DNA of 64,000 nt from Eledone cirrhosa (GCA_964016885.1 CAXHJY010001592.1:1-64000); one strand, 5' to 3'. Shown: positions 1 through 13,117, counted from the stretch's first letter. Notes: generated by a model from the sequence alone, not told the origin. Made by a program: numbers and translations.

Positions 1-44
1 ATTATATATATATATTATATATATATATATATTATATATATATA

Positions 45-99
<55 letters not shown>

Positions 100-111
100 A
101 TATTATATATA

Positions 112-178
<67 letters not shown>

Positions 179-378
179 ATATTATATATATTATATATAT
201 ATATATTATATATATATATATTATATATATATATTATATATATATATATTATATATATATATATTATATATATATATATTATATATATATATATATTATA
301 TATATATATATTATATATATATATATTATATATATATATAATATATATTATATATATATATATTATATATATATATAT

Positions 379-410
<32 letters not shown>

Positions 411-420
411 ATTATATATA

Positions 421-485
<65 letters not shown>

Positions 486-506
486 TATATATATATATAT
501 ATTATA

Positions 507-567
<61 letters not shown>

Positions 568-605
568 ATAATATATATATATATATTATATATATATATA
601 TATAT

Positions 606-670
<65 letters not shown>

Positions 671-702
671 ATATATATTATATTATATATATATATATAT
701 AT

Positions 703-734
<32 letters not shown>

Positions 735-849
735 ATATATATATAATATATATATATATATATAATATATATATAATATATATTTATATATATAATATAT
801 ATATAATATATATATAATATATATATATATAATATATATATATATATAT

Positions 850-880
<31 letters not shown>

Positions 881-891
881 ATATATATAAA

Positions 892-960
<69 letters not shown>

Positions 961-975
961 ATATATATATATATA
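1..975. repeat. Interrupted (TA)n microsatellite
   Basis: TA dinucleotide run with single T or A interruptions. Similar tracts lie at about 1175-1720, 1830-2240, 3235-3650, 8770-9138 and 10430-10938. Confidence 0.98.
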
Positions 976-1173
976 AGATCAGAGCAAACAGCACGGACAC
1001 TCTATCTCAAAATTATTTTTGAAAAGCATTTAGAAATGCACAACCGGTAAAAACTTAAAAACTTAAAACCACAACTGAATACTAACCCATACAATCACTA
1101 ATACTCTTTTATTCCTAATTAAACCATTTTTCAACTGTGAACAATTTCTCAGCATTTTCTATTCTGTTTACCA

Positions 1174-1206
<33 letters not shown>

Positions 1207-1231
1207 ATATATATATTAAATATATATATAT

Positions 1232-1263
<32 letters not shown>

Positions 1264-1277
1264 ATATTATATATTAA

Positions 1278-1308
<31 letters not shown>

Positions 1309-1437
1309 ATATATATATTATATATTAAATATATATTTATATATATATTATATATAAATATATATATTATATATAAATATATATATTAAATATATATATT
1401 ATATATATATATTATATATATATATATTATATATTAA

Positions 1438-1468
<31 letters not shown>

Positions 1469-1720
1469 ATATATATTATATATTAAATATATATTTATAT
1501 ATATATTATATATAAATATATATATTATATATAAATATATATATTAAATATATATATTATACATATATATTATATATATATTATATATATATTATATATA
1601 TATTATATATATATATTATATATATATTATATATATATTATATATAAATATATATATTAAATATATATATTATATATATATATTATATATATATTATATA
1701 TATATTATATATATATTATA

Positions 1721-1830
1721 TTCAAATCCCGCCGAGGTTGACTTTGCCTTTCATCCTTACGGGGTCGATAAAATAAAGTACCAGTAATGCACTGGATAAT
1801 TGCTGGCCTTGTGCCTAAAGTAGAAACAAT
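1721..1830 (+). mobile_element. tRNA-derived SINE, 3' part
   Basis: TTCAAATCCCGCCGAGGTTGACTTTGCCTTTCATCCTTACGGGGTCGATAAAATAAAGTACCAG...GGCCTTGTGCCTAAAGTAGAAACAAT. The family has more than 15 copies in this window. Confidence 0.85.
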
Positions 1831-1917
1831 TATATATATATTATATATATATTATATATATATTATATATATATATTATATATATATTATATATATATTA
1901 TATATATATATTATATA

Positions 1918-1983
<66 letters not shown>

Positions 1984-1991
1984 ATATATAT

Positions 1992-2023
<32 letters not shown>

Positions 2024-2138
2024 ATATATTATATATATATATAATATATATATATATATATTATATATATATATAATATATATATATATATATTATATAT
2101 ATATATAACATATATATATATATATTATATATATATAT

Positions 2139-2169
<31 letters not shown>

Positions 2170-2240
2170 ATATATATATATATATATATTATATTATATA
2201 TATATATATAATATATATATATTATATATATATATATATA

Positions 2241-2837
2241 TAGGAGATCAGATTAGCATGGGAGGAGGGTGTTCCGAGGCCATAGTATCTAGAATAAGGA
2301 CGGGTTGGAAGAAGTTTAGGATGCTGCTTCCTCTGTTGATGAAGAAGGGTTTCTTCCTGCGTACGAAAGGCCGGTTGTATGAGGCCTGTGTGAGGAGCGC
2401 GATGCTGCACGGTAGTGAGACATGGGCAGCAACTGCAGAGGATATGCGACGGCTGGAGAGAAATGAGGCAAGCATGCTCCGTTGGATGTGCAGTGTAAAT
2501 GTGCGTGAACGACCCAGCATAAATGTGTTGAGAGAGATACTGTGTCTGAGAGGGATAGAATGTAGTGTACGGGAGAGGAGACTGAGGTGGTATGGACATG
2601 TGATGCGCATGGAGGATGACTGATGGGTAAAGAAGTGCCAGGAAATGCCAGTTGAAGGAAGACGTGGCAGAGGTAGACCACGAAAAACATGGGCGGAGGT
2701 GGTGAGAACAGACCTCAGATCATTGAAGCTCACGGTGTAGATGACGAGGGACCGTGACGAGTGGAGAGATGCTGTTCTGAATAAGACCCGTCCCACCCTT
2801 GCAAGCAGGGAAAAGCGGACGTAAAATGATGATGATG

Positions 2838-2838
<1 letters not shown>
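2241..2838 (+). mobile_element. RTE-clade LINE, 5'-truncated 3' end
   Basis: ORF 2258-2623 has KGRLYEACVRSAMLHGSETW...RRLRWYGHVMRM, followed by a GRGRPRKTW motif and an (ATG)n tail. An inverted copy of the last ~60 bp lies at about 2893-2950. Confidence 0.9.
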
Positions 2839-2876
<38 letters not shown>

Positions 2877-3084
2877 TATATATTATATATCATTTCATCA
2901 TCATTTCATTTTTACGTCCGCTTTTTCCCTGCTTGCAAGGGTGGGACGGGAACTGATTCTGGCTTGATTTCTACAGCTGGATGCCCTTCCTAACACCAAC
3001 CTCATTTACAGTGAGTGCTGGGTGCTTTTTTGCCGTGGCACCTCCACGACCACTTTGCAGTGGAATGATATGGACCCCAGTCCC

Positions 3085-3232
3085 TATCATCTCATTTCTA
3101 CAGCTGAGTAAACTGGAGCAATGTGAAATAAAGTGTCTTGCTCAAGGAAACAACACATCACCCAGTCTGAGAATTGAACTCACAACCTTTCGATTGCAAG
3201 GCCAATGCTCTAACCACTAAGCCATGTGCCTC
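3085..3232 (-). mobile_element. Second tRNA-derived SINE family fragment
   Basis: The minus strand reads GGCTTAGTGGTTAGAGC (A box) ...GTGAGTTCAATTC (B box)...GTTTCCTTGAGCAAGACAC. Confidence 0.6.
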
Positions 3233-3653
3233 CATAATATATATATATTATATATATTATATATATATTATATATATATTATATATATATTATATATATA
3301 TATATTATATATATATTATATATATATATATTATATATACATATATATTATATATATTATATATATATATTATATATATATATATTATATATATATATAT
3401 TATATATATATTATATATATATATATTATATATATATATATTATATATTATATATATATATATTATATATTATATATACATATATTATATATACATATAT
3501 TATATATATATATATTATATATATTATATATATATATATATATTATATATATATATATTATATATATATATATTATATATATATATATTATATATATTAT
3601 ATATATATATATTATATATATTATATATATATATATTATGTATATTATATATG

Positions 3654-6618
3654 CAGCAATCCATTCTTAACGTCCCTTGATACACTAATAACTATGATCA
3701 AGAATGACCCGCACCTCTTCGTCACCTCCGACAAAACCAAAAAGCTGTACAAGATGGACGCGAGTGAGTATAAAAAATTCATCTATAAGGAACTACACAA
3801 AGACTACAAAAAGACACCCTCTAGTACCCTAAATGACATAAATAGAGTAGGGAAGGATATAGTCACCAGCTTAGAAATAGAAAAGTACACTAACCCGTAC
3901 GTCCCTCTGACGCCAAAATTCTCTCTGAAGGATCACAAATATGACTTTAATGAAAGCCCCTCTATTAGACTAATATGCCCCTCTACATCAGATATAGGTA
4001 AGATTAGTAAAGTGATCCTTGACAGAGTACTACTGGAGCTTAATAGAAAGGCTAAGGTCTGCCTCTGGGGCAACACCGACCAGGTCATAAATTGGTTCAC
4101 CGAGTTGCAGGATAAAGCCACCCTGAAATTCATCCAGTTTGATACTCTTAAATAAGGCACTTATCTTAGCTAGATCTAACACTAGCCTCACTAAAAGAGA
4201 AATAGACATAATTCTAGCAGCGCGTAGAACCATTATCCAGTTCGAAGACTCCCACTGGACCATAACCAACCGTCCTGATAACTTCGATGTCACGATGGGG
4301 TCCAGTGACTCAGCGAAAGCAACTGACCTGGTCGGGATATACCTCCTACATAAGCTTAGGGAAGAGATACCGGCCCTACAAGGAGGTGTATATAGGGACG
4401 ACGCCCCGTTTACCGTTAGGAACCATAGCCCCCGTAGGATAGAGAACCTTAACAAACATATACACAGGTTCTTCAAGCCTATCCGTAACTATGGACCTCA
4501 ACCACAGGGTTGTCAACTTCCTAGACGTGACCCTGGAGTTGAGTACGGGCTTATACAAGCCATACCATAAGCCTGGAGAGTGCCTCTCATATTAATTATA
4601 CCTCCAACCACCCTAAGCAGACTCTCAACTCCATAGTCTATAGTATCTCACATAGAATCTCGAGGCTATCCGCCAATGAGGATATCTTCAACCAAGCGGC
4701 AGATTACTACAATAGGGCCCTGATAAGCGCCGGCTTTAACCGAGGAATTTCCTACATCCCTAACGCTAGCTCTAGAAACCACCCCCTCATAAAACAAACG
4801 TTATAGTAAGCCATACCTATAACCGATCACGCGGCGACCTCGTTGAAGTCGGATATAATAGAATAGATAACCGCACCAAAGATCACGACCCCGGCGACGG
4901 TGAACACTGTAGATTACTCGAACTATTCCCCTATTACAAAACCAACAAAGGCGACGGCCTACTACCAACGCCTTCCAACCAACATCTTCGTGTACATAAA
5001 CATGGAAGAGGTAGGAAGAGTGCACCCGAGCATAAAGTGAAAGGGGCACCGAACGGGCGACTGCGCATTAACACACATAAGAGCAGTCACCTAGATGGAA
5101 CCACCCGTAGCAAAAGTACAAGGACACGTAATCGCCACCGTAACGTCCTATGCCCCCCCCCCCCCCCCACTCTCGAAGTGTGGCCTCCAACATACCCCGG
5201 ATGTTCTTCGAAGCCTTAGAGAAGAACTTCCCGCCCAACCATAGGTATAGAAAAATTCTTAATAGGAACAATATAAAAATATCCTTCTCTACTACTCCTA
5301 ACCTAGCAGACATCATAGGAACAACGAACCACAGTAAGATCACCAAGACACAGCACCTCGATACAGACGCACCTACACCTGACAATAACTATATCGGCCT
5401 TAACAACTCCCTGGCAGCATCCAATAGTGTTGGCAACGGCATCCGCAGACGCAACCAGCATAACTGCGAAATGACTGGGGAACATGCAGGACATGACGTG
5501 CAGAATAACAATCGCACCACCCCGCGTGCTGTGGGTTGTAATGGTGCTAACGACAGCTGCGGTAGCGTAGGTAACAACGTAGGCAGCAACAATGATAGCC
5601 TTACCGTGGGAAATAGACGGAACCGCGACAGAAATTGCAACTGCCGCGACAGAGGACGCTGCCCCCTTAGAGGATACTGCTTGACTGATAGGGTTATATA
5701 TAGATGCACTATTACTAGCCACAATAGCGTTAAACATTATATAGGGGCTACCTCCGACCCGTTCAAAATTAGGTTTCGAACACATCTCCACTCTTTCACA
5801 AATAGAAAACTAAGGCACTCTACTTCGCTCGCGGACTACATCACATCACTAAAGGACTTAAACATCAGCTTCTCCACGCACTGGGAGATTGTCGGCAGGG
5901 CTGCACCGTACAACTTCAAGAGGAAATGCGATCTTTGCCTCATGGAGCTCTACCTCATCATAACTGCACCCCACGAGCTCATCAACAGCAGAGCTGAAAC
6001 AGCGATAAGTTGTACACATCGCTTAAAAATATCCTTCTTCAGATGGGTTAAGGATGAGGAGTGAAACCGTACACCGGATCTCCCTGCAACAAATCTTAAC
6101 ACCCCGGCGGGCAGGTGCTGCAAAATAACACCCAGGAAACTATCCTTGCATACCAGACCCAGCCTCAGACAAACAGATGCGGCCAAAAAAAAAAAAAAAA
6201 AATTGTCTGGGAAAGACTGCCCTAACACCGGCCAGAGTTACCTCCCTTGACCTGCTGCAAAATCAAAACAAGATATTTTTGCGAGCAATGAACCTTGATG
6301 TGGATTTAACCTCCAAAACTCTTTCCGAGCAATATAAGGAACACTTGGGATTATTTATGCCCTTGAGAAGCCCAACTGGGCGAAACGTACGTAGATGCTG
6401 TTTTATATAAACATGTTTTAACGGTCTATTCTCCGATTTTTTACTTTCCCACGTGCTTTCGCTCTGCTAACTCTCTAGCCCACTAAATATTAACACTTCA
6501 AATATTTAATACTGCCGGCACTAGTATCGTGCACCTTTAGCATACGCTACTTGGCAAATAACTATATGTATCACCTATCCTCCCCTTTTTTCTCTTTCTC
6601 GATACGTAAATACTGTAT
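3654..6618 (+). mobile_element. Penelope-like element (Naiad-like), 5'-truncated and frameshifted, inserted in (TA)n
   Basis: RT segments (SDKTKKLY, RLICPSTSDIG, FDVTMGSSDSA, GGVYRDDA, NFLDVTL) and a GIY-YIG region (NCNCRDRGRCPLRGYC, IYRC...YIGAT..FKIRFRTH, CDLCLME). Homologous to the ORF at 46399-48750. Confidence 0.92.
3694..6064 (+). pseudogene. Disrupted PLE RT plus GIY-YIG endonuclease ORF
   Basis: Pieces 3694-4155, 4139-4570 and 5150-6064. A deletion frameshift follows FIQFD (compare FIQFDINSYYTSISPILLNKAL in the intact paralogue), and a second shift occurs near 4478. Confidence 0.88.
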
Positions 6619-6878
6619 ATTATATATATATATTATATATATTATATATATATATTATATATATATTATATATATTATATATATATATATATTATATATA
6701 TATTATATATATTATATATATATATATTATATATGTATATATTATATATATTATATATATATATATTATATATATATATATTATATATATTATATATATA
6801 TATATATTATATATATATATTATTTTTTAATAAGTTTCCAGATTCCACGCTTTGCCTGGATACTTATATGAGAAGAGT

Positions 6879-6958
6879 CTTCCCTGACGACGGAATGATT
6901 CTCTGTGTTTTCTTCTGAAAATTTATTTATTCCATTCCAGAAACTAATTAGTTGGAAG
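6879..6958 (+). ncRNA. Type I hammerhead ribozyme, long stem II
   Basis: CTTCC-CTGACGA-C-GGAATG...CATTCC-A-GAAAC-TAATTA-GTT-GGAAG. Stem I is CTTCC/GGAAG and helix III is palindromic (AACTAATTAGTT). Confidence 0.85.
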
Positions 6959-7400
6959 TGATATTTTAGTAAGTAAGTTAATTTTATAATTTTCTTATTT
7001 TACGTCTCTCATATTATTGTTCTGCAACCCCATGCATTGAACCACAAAGTTACTAAGACAAAATCTATATATTTGCTAGCATTGATATGCATCTGTATGT
7101 ATATATATGTTACTAGATATTAATTCTTTATAATTATCTCCAAATTATTTGTCGAGCAATATTGGCCATGACTGCTGCTATGGTAGCAGGCAGGCCGCTG
7201 TCTTATTAGTAAACCACTTTCCACTGATTGACCTCGATGTCACGTGATTGATTCCTTTTGAATTAGCCACCGACGCAGAGGCAGGGATTTTCTCAATGGC
7301 TAGGAATTCAGTCCACGCTTTGCTATTTTCTATCCACTGAATTATTTTTTAATAAGTTTCCAGAGTCCACGCTTTGCCTGGATACTTAGATGAGAATAGT

Positions 7401-7480
7401 CTTCCCTGACGACGGAATGATTCTCTGTGTTTTCTTCTGAAAATTTATTTATTCCATTCCAGAAACTAATTAGTTGGAAG
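7401..7480 (+). ncRNA. Type I hammerhead ribozyme (second tandem copy)
   Basis: Same motif as 6879-6958, 522 bp downstream. Confidence 0.85.
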
Positions 7481-7678
7481 TGATATTTTAGTAAGTAAGT
7501 TAATTTTATAATTTTCTTATTTTACGGCTCTCATATATATTATATATATATATTATATATATATATTATATATATATATATATATATTATATATACGTTA
7601 TTCCGGGTTGAATCGGAGGTAACCACAGTAAGTAAGGTACTCAATACATAGCAGAGTATAACAGTTTTAATATAGATG

Positions 7679-7729
7679 AGATTCTACAGGACTAGAACTG
7701 TTTCATTCATTAGAAATCATCAGGAATCT
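7679..7729 (-). ncRNA. Type I hammerhead ribozyme
   Basis: Reverse complement of 8703-8753. Confidence 0.85.
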
Positions 7730-8702
7730 GGGTATCAAAAAATAAATATGGTATTTATAGGTCTCTACAAGTGGTAGGAGAGGGTGGGGAGTGGGATGGG
7801 TGCAGGTCATTGGTTGATAGAAAAGGGAATTCATTAAAAGCTAATTCTACAAAGCTATAGTTTATTTTTATTTTTATTTATTTATGTTTTTAGAGTAACA
7901 AGGGCAGACAGAATTCTATAAACAGGTTCCGGATGGCATACCATTCCTTGTCAATAAGTTTCTCTTAAGCTAACAGATGTCTATAAAATCAGTGGGGGGT
8001 CATTCATGGTCGATAGAATTAAAGAAAAGGGAGATTCTTACTATTATCTTCGAACTTCTCTTAAACTAATCAACTATATGCCAAAAATCAACAGACACAT
8101 TCACAAAAAAACAAAAAAACACATACTCATTTTTATATATGTGTGTGTGGTTTTATGTGTGTATATGTGTGTATATGTGTTTGTGTGTGTGTTTATGGTT
8201 GCGCGTAAGTGTGTGAGTGAGTATGTGTTTTTTTGTTTTTTTTGTGAATGTGTCTGTTGATTTTTGGCATATAGTTGATTAGTTTAAGAGAAGTTCGAAG
8301 ATAATAGTAAGATATGCACTCAGTATTTTGAATCTGTCTGCAGAATTCTCTAGACCTTTGTCACTTAGTAGAACCTTAATGACTTTAGCTTTTAAAGAAT
8401 CTCCTTTTCTTTAATTCTATCGACCATGAATGACCCCCACTGATTTTATAGACATCTGTTAGCTTAAGAGAAACTTATTGACAAGGAATGGTATGCCATC
8501 CGGAACCTGTTTATAGAATTCTGTCTGCCCTTGTTACTCTAAAAACATAAATAAATAAAAATAAAAATAAACTATAGCTTTGTAGAATTAGCTTTTAATG
8601 AATTCCCTTTTCTATCAACCAATGACCTGCACCCATCCCACTCCCCACCCTCTCCTACCACTTGTAGAGACCTATAAATACCATATTTATTTTTTGATAC
8701 CC

Positions 8703-8753
8703 AGATTCCTGATGATTTCTAATGAATGAAACAGTTCTAGTCCTGTAGAATCT
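8703..8753 (+). ncRNA. Type I hammerhead ribozyme
   Basis: AGATTC-CTGATGA-TTTCTAATGAAT-GAA-ACAG-TTCTAGTC-CTGT-A-GAATCT. Stems I and III are perfect, stem II is short, and the cleavage triplet is GUA. Confidence 0.85.
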
Positions 8754-8910
8754 CATCTATATTAAAACTATATTATATATATATATATATTATATATATA
8801 TATATATATTATATATATATATTATATATATATATATTATATATATATATATATTATATATATTATATATATATATATTATATATATATATATATATTAT
8901 ATATATATAT

Positions 8911-8944
<34 letters not shown>

Positions 8945-8958
8945 ATATTATATATATA

Positions 8959-9001
<43 letters not shown>

Positions 9002-9083
9002 AATATATATATATATTATATATATATATATAATATATATATATATTATATATATATATATATATATTATACATATATATTAC

Positions 9084-9129
<46 letters not shown>

Positions 9130-9138
9130 ATATATATT

Positions 9139-10428
9139 AATGTAGGAGGTGAGTTTTATTGTAGTACAATAAAGCAATGCAGATATCGGATAAGAAGCAC
9201 TCTACAGTTTGTAGGACTGGAGTATGCATAATATAAGATCAAAAGATGGTTAAAGGAGTTCCATATATTTTATTATTTGCATTTCAAAAACAAACATCAT
9301 CATGCAATAATATTTGTGTTTTCATCAGATAAAACAGGAGAACATGATATGAAGGCTAAAAAACACTTGTGGATAGTGCAGTTTTAAATCAACATATGAA
9401 AAGTGGTTTTAGATTGATGTGTGATATTGGGAAAAATATTTTATTTAGAGAGGGGGCGGGGAAAGGATGAAAAGGGAAGGAGATGAGAGGGAGAGATGGG
9501 TGATAGAGAGAAAGAGATAGTTTTTATAACTGAGAGGAGATATATTTTTTACATAGAGAGGTTGAAAACCGTTGGAAGATACTGTATAAATTAAAAATTT
9601 TGAAAATTAACGAAGGGAGGATATGTGCGAGGAAAAAATATTTTATTTAGGGAGGGGGGGGTGGAGAGGATTAAAAAAAGGGGGAGGAGATGAGAGTGAA
9701 GGTGGAGAGGGAGAGATGGGTGATAGAGAGAAAGGGATAGTTTTTATAACTGAGAAAAAGATATATTGTTTTAACATAGAGAGGTTGGGAACCGTTGGAA
9801 GATAATGTATAAATTAAAGGAATTTGAAAATTAACGAAGGGAAATTATGTATGAAGATAGAGAGAAAAAAATAATAATTGTGGATGAATATTCTAACGTC
9901 AAAAAAGAAATGTATGTATTGTGGCAATTTCAAAATTAACGAAGAGAAAAATTATTAAGGTTTGTGTGTAGAAGGATTTGAGAAAAATAATGTGAAGTTA
10001 AAGTTTGTATATTGATTGAATTGATAATATATGCGAATAAAGAGTTAATATGTGTTAATAATGAGTTCGTTGATGGGGAGAAAAAAATAATAATAAATTA
10101 AGGATGAAATTGAGATTAAAAAGATTTATGATAGAGAGAAAAAATAATAATGATTGCGGATGAATATTCTAACGTCAAAACAAATGTTATGATTTTACAA
10201 GGAGAAGATAGAATGAGGGTAATGAGTAAACAAGTATTATAGAGTGTATAATGCCCTTTAAAGTAAGGTAGATGGGTATATTTTAAAGAGGTGTATGTAT
10301 ATGTGCCTTTGAGAAAAGATTCTAAATTGATAAAGAATTGAATATTAACTGTATACTTTGTGAAAAGTTCTATGGAATTTATGCAGGCAGATAGAAAACA
10401 AATCTGCGCCTCTATTTATTATAGAATC
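9139..10428 (-). mobile_element. 3' end of a Naiad-like PLE (last codons, 3' UTR and HHR) in (TA)n
   Basis: The minus strand from about 10428 reads DSIINRGADLFSICLHKFHRTFHKVYS*, matching the C-termini LLNKKSEVFATCQHRLRHSF and LINSRAETAISCTHRLKISF of the other PLEs. An internal ~200-bp direct duplication lies at about 9430-9620 and 9630-9845. Confidence 0.7.
9268..9334 (-). ncRNA. Type I hammerhead ribozyme
   Basis: Minus strand: TTTTAT-CTGATGA-AAACACAAATATTATT-GCAT-GATGATGTTTGTTTTT-GAAA-T-GCAA-A-TA-ATAAAA. The cleavage triplet is AUA. Confidence 0.75.
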
Positions 10429-10446
10429 TATATTATATATATATGT

Positions 10447-10484
<38 letters not shown>

Positions 10485-10610
10485 ATATATATATTATATT
10501 TATATATATATTATATATATATATATTATATATATATTTATATTATATATATATTATATATATATATTATATATATATATTATATATATATATATTATAT
10601 ATATATATAT

Positions 10611-10682
<72 letters not shown>

Positions 10683-10689
10683 TATATAT

Positions 10690-10721
<32 letters not shown>

Positions 10722-10788
10722 ATATATTATATATATATTATATATATTATATATATATTATATATATATTATATATTATATATATTTA

Positions 10789-10840
<52 letters not shown>

Positions 10841-10855
10841 ATATATTTATATATA

Positions 10856-10898
<43 letters not shown>

Positions 10899-10937
10899 AT
10901 ATATATATTATAAATATATATATATTATATATATATT

Positions 10938-11078
10938 ATGGATTGGCAGTATCGGTAGAGGGTCGGACGCCATGCTTTCCAGCATAGTTACGTCCCTTTA
11001 AGATCTGAGTTCAAATCCCGCCGAGGTTTACTTTGCCTTTTATCCTTACGGGGTCGATAATATAAAGTACCAGTAATG
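10938..11078 (+). mobile_element. tRNA-derived SINE
   Basis: TGGATTGGCAGTATCGGTAGAG (A box) ... GAGTTCAAATCC (B box) ... CCTTACGGGGTCGATAA. Confidence 0.85.
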
Positions 11079-12536
11079 CATCCAGCAAATAGCTAACTCC
11101 ATCCACCAGAGTATTATAGTTACTATAGACTACCCAAGCAAACACTCCAACCATCGATTACCTGTACTAGACACAGAGCTCTGGTTAGATACCATTAATA
11201 ACAAAAAACAAATCCTCCATTCCCATTATGCCAAACCCATGACTTCCAAATATCTGATCCACCGAAACTCAGCTGTTTCGGACCATACCAACATCAACAT
11301 ACAGATTGCGGATTTCGTACGGGTGATGAGAAACGTGTCCCGCATGTGCAACCCCGAAGAACTAGAGAGACACATACAACACTTCATCCACCGTATGCAG
11401 TTCTCTGGTTACAATCAGAGAGATAAAATCAGAGTGTATAGAGGAGCCAGAACCAAATGGGAAAAAATGGTAAATAATGACACAAATGGGACCTGCCCCT
11501 TGTATAAGAGCAAATTTTGGAATAGAATAGAAAGAACTAGGAATAAGGCTAATAGAATAAACTCATGGTATGATAGCAATAAATACCAGAGTGTAATGTT
11601 CATCGATACAACCCCTAGAGGTGAAATAGCTTACAAATTTAGAAGGGCCCTAGATAAACATAAACTCAATATTAAGATAGTAGAAAGACCAGGTACCTCC
11701 ATAAAAACACTTATTAGCAAGGCATACCCTTTTCAAAGACCCCCTGTATAGATAAGAAATGTATAACCTGTAAATTATGCCCCCGTATTAACTGTAAAAC
11801 TAGAAATGTAGTATAAAGCATAAGATGTACTGAAGGACAATGTAGAGACAAAAATATAGTGTACATAGGTGAGACAGCTCGTAGTATAGAGGAACGGATA
11901 AATGAACACTGGCGAGACCTTCAAGATAGTAAAGAATCATCTGTACTCTACCAACATGCTAAAATAGAACACAAGGGTAAATTAGAGAACATAGAAATAA
12001 AAATGGAATCTACACACAGAAAAGATGCAATGTTTAGACAAATCACAGAGGCAATAAACATAAAAGAATTACAACCAAAATTAAATAGAAAATATGAGTG
12101 GAACAGCAACATCACAACTTACAATTAAGGACAAAATAAAAACACACACACACATAGAACAAACAACCAACCAATAACATGTAAATAAATAAATAAATAA
12201 ACAAATAGATAAATGAACATAAACACACAGACACCCGGATGTGGCGCATGCGCAAACTGAGCACACAACACACACACAGAAACAAAATGGCGTAGGACAG
12301 AAGAAAGGAAAGGCACAGAAACAAAGAAAGGAATCCCCAGTCACTGAAGAGGTCACAGAGTGTGTGACGAAAGGACTATGACTATATATAAACAACTATC
12401 TGGTTGTGGAACCAACCAACCAACCAGAAATTTATAAATTTGTAAATTTGTAAATTTATAAATATATAATAAATTGAAGTGAAAGCAACTGGTGCGTGTG
12501 TTTCTTATTGGCAACATGACCCTCCCAAAGTATAAC

Positions 12537-12540
<4 letters not shown>
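11079..12540 (+). mobile_element. Penelope-like element of a second clade, 5'-truncated (RT C-terminus, Cys-rich linker, GIY-YIG, HHR)
   Basis: LPVLDTELW...HYAKPMTSKYLIHRNSA, then C..KKCITC...NCKTRNVVY, then VYIGETARSIEERINEH...RQITEAINI...LNRKYEW. Frameshifts occur near 11750-11820. Confidence 0.88.
12339..12383 (+). ncRNA. Type I hammerhead ribozyme in PLE 3' region
   Basis: AGTCA-CTGAAGA-G-GTCAC-AGAGTGT-GTGAC-GAAA-G-GA-C-TA-TGACT, with a minimal helix III. Confidence 0.85.
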
Positions 12541-12570
<30 letters not shown>

Positions 12571-12716
12571 TTTTGAGTTTATGTTGGTTGTATACCAACA
12601 CTTCAGTATGCAGGCTGGAGCACTCGACGAAGTGCGCAGGTTGGTTTGGTTACTCCGGAGTAGTGTAAAATAAAGTTAAATAAAAGTCAAATGATTAAAA
12701 TTTAGCTTCGTTTATT

Positions 12717-12771
12717 ACTGCTATATATATTTCAGTGACAGCCATCTTTGGCTGTGACCTCTTCAGGCAGT
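12717..12771 (-). ncRNA. Type I hammerhead ribozyme in an orphan pLTR-like segment (about 12560-13085)
   Basis: Minus strand: ACTGC-CTGAAGA-G-GTCACAGCCA-AAGA-TGGCTGTCAC-T-GAAA-TATATA-TA-GCAGT. Confidence 0.82.
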
Positions 12772-13085
12772 TTGAATTAGTATGGTATAGACAAGTACAT
12801 ATGTTATTTAGGTGTATGATATTGTCAATACTCTGATATGCCCAGTTCCTTGTTGGGTTGTTAATTCACTGGGGAACTGGAGTCATATGAATTCAAACAA
12901 ACGAATTTTGGTGTCACAGGTCCCCTTCTCCTCTCATTGGTCAGTTATTAGAACATTCCTCATTCTAAGTGTTGTTATTGTTGGAGTTAGCTTAAAAATT
13001 GATAAAATGGTAGAAGGGACAAGGTGTTAAAGGAACAAAATAACAAAAAAAGTGTCAAACTTCCCATTGTTCAGTTCTGAGAGCA

Positions 13086-13117
<32 letters not shown>

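Larger units (their letters stand above)
6822..7535 (+). repeat. About 1.4 tandem copies of a 522-bp non-coding unit with a hammerhead ribozyme (retrozyme/pLTR-like)
   Basis: TTTTTTAATAAGTTTCCAGA..CCACGCTTTGCCTGGATAC recurs at about 6823 and 7345, and the block is flanked by (TA)n. Confidence 0.85.
7596..8770. mobile_element. Head-to-head fold-back of a PLE pLTR-like non-coding element in (TA)n
   Basis: About 7662-8130 is the reverse complement of about 8217-8770 (the left arm lacks ~85 bp). Each arm has an HHR, and the left arm has an extra 3' extension at 7596-7661. Confidence 0.85.

Noticed and set aside
1012-1054. TTGAAAA-GCATTT-AG-AAATGC-ACAAC-CG-GTA hammerhead-like motif
   Set aside because: The essential GAAA is absent, so it is at best a dead relic.
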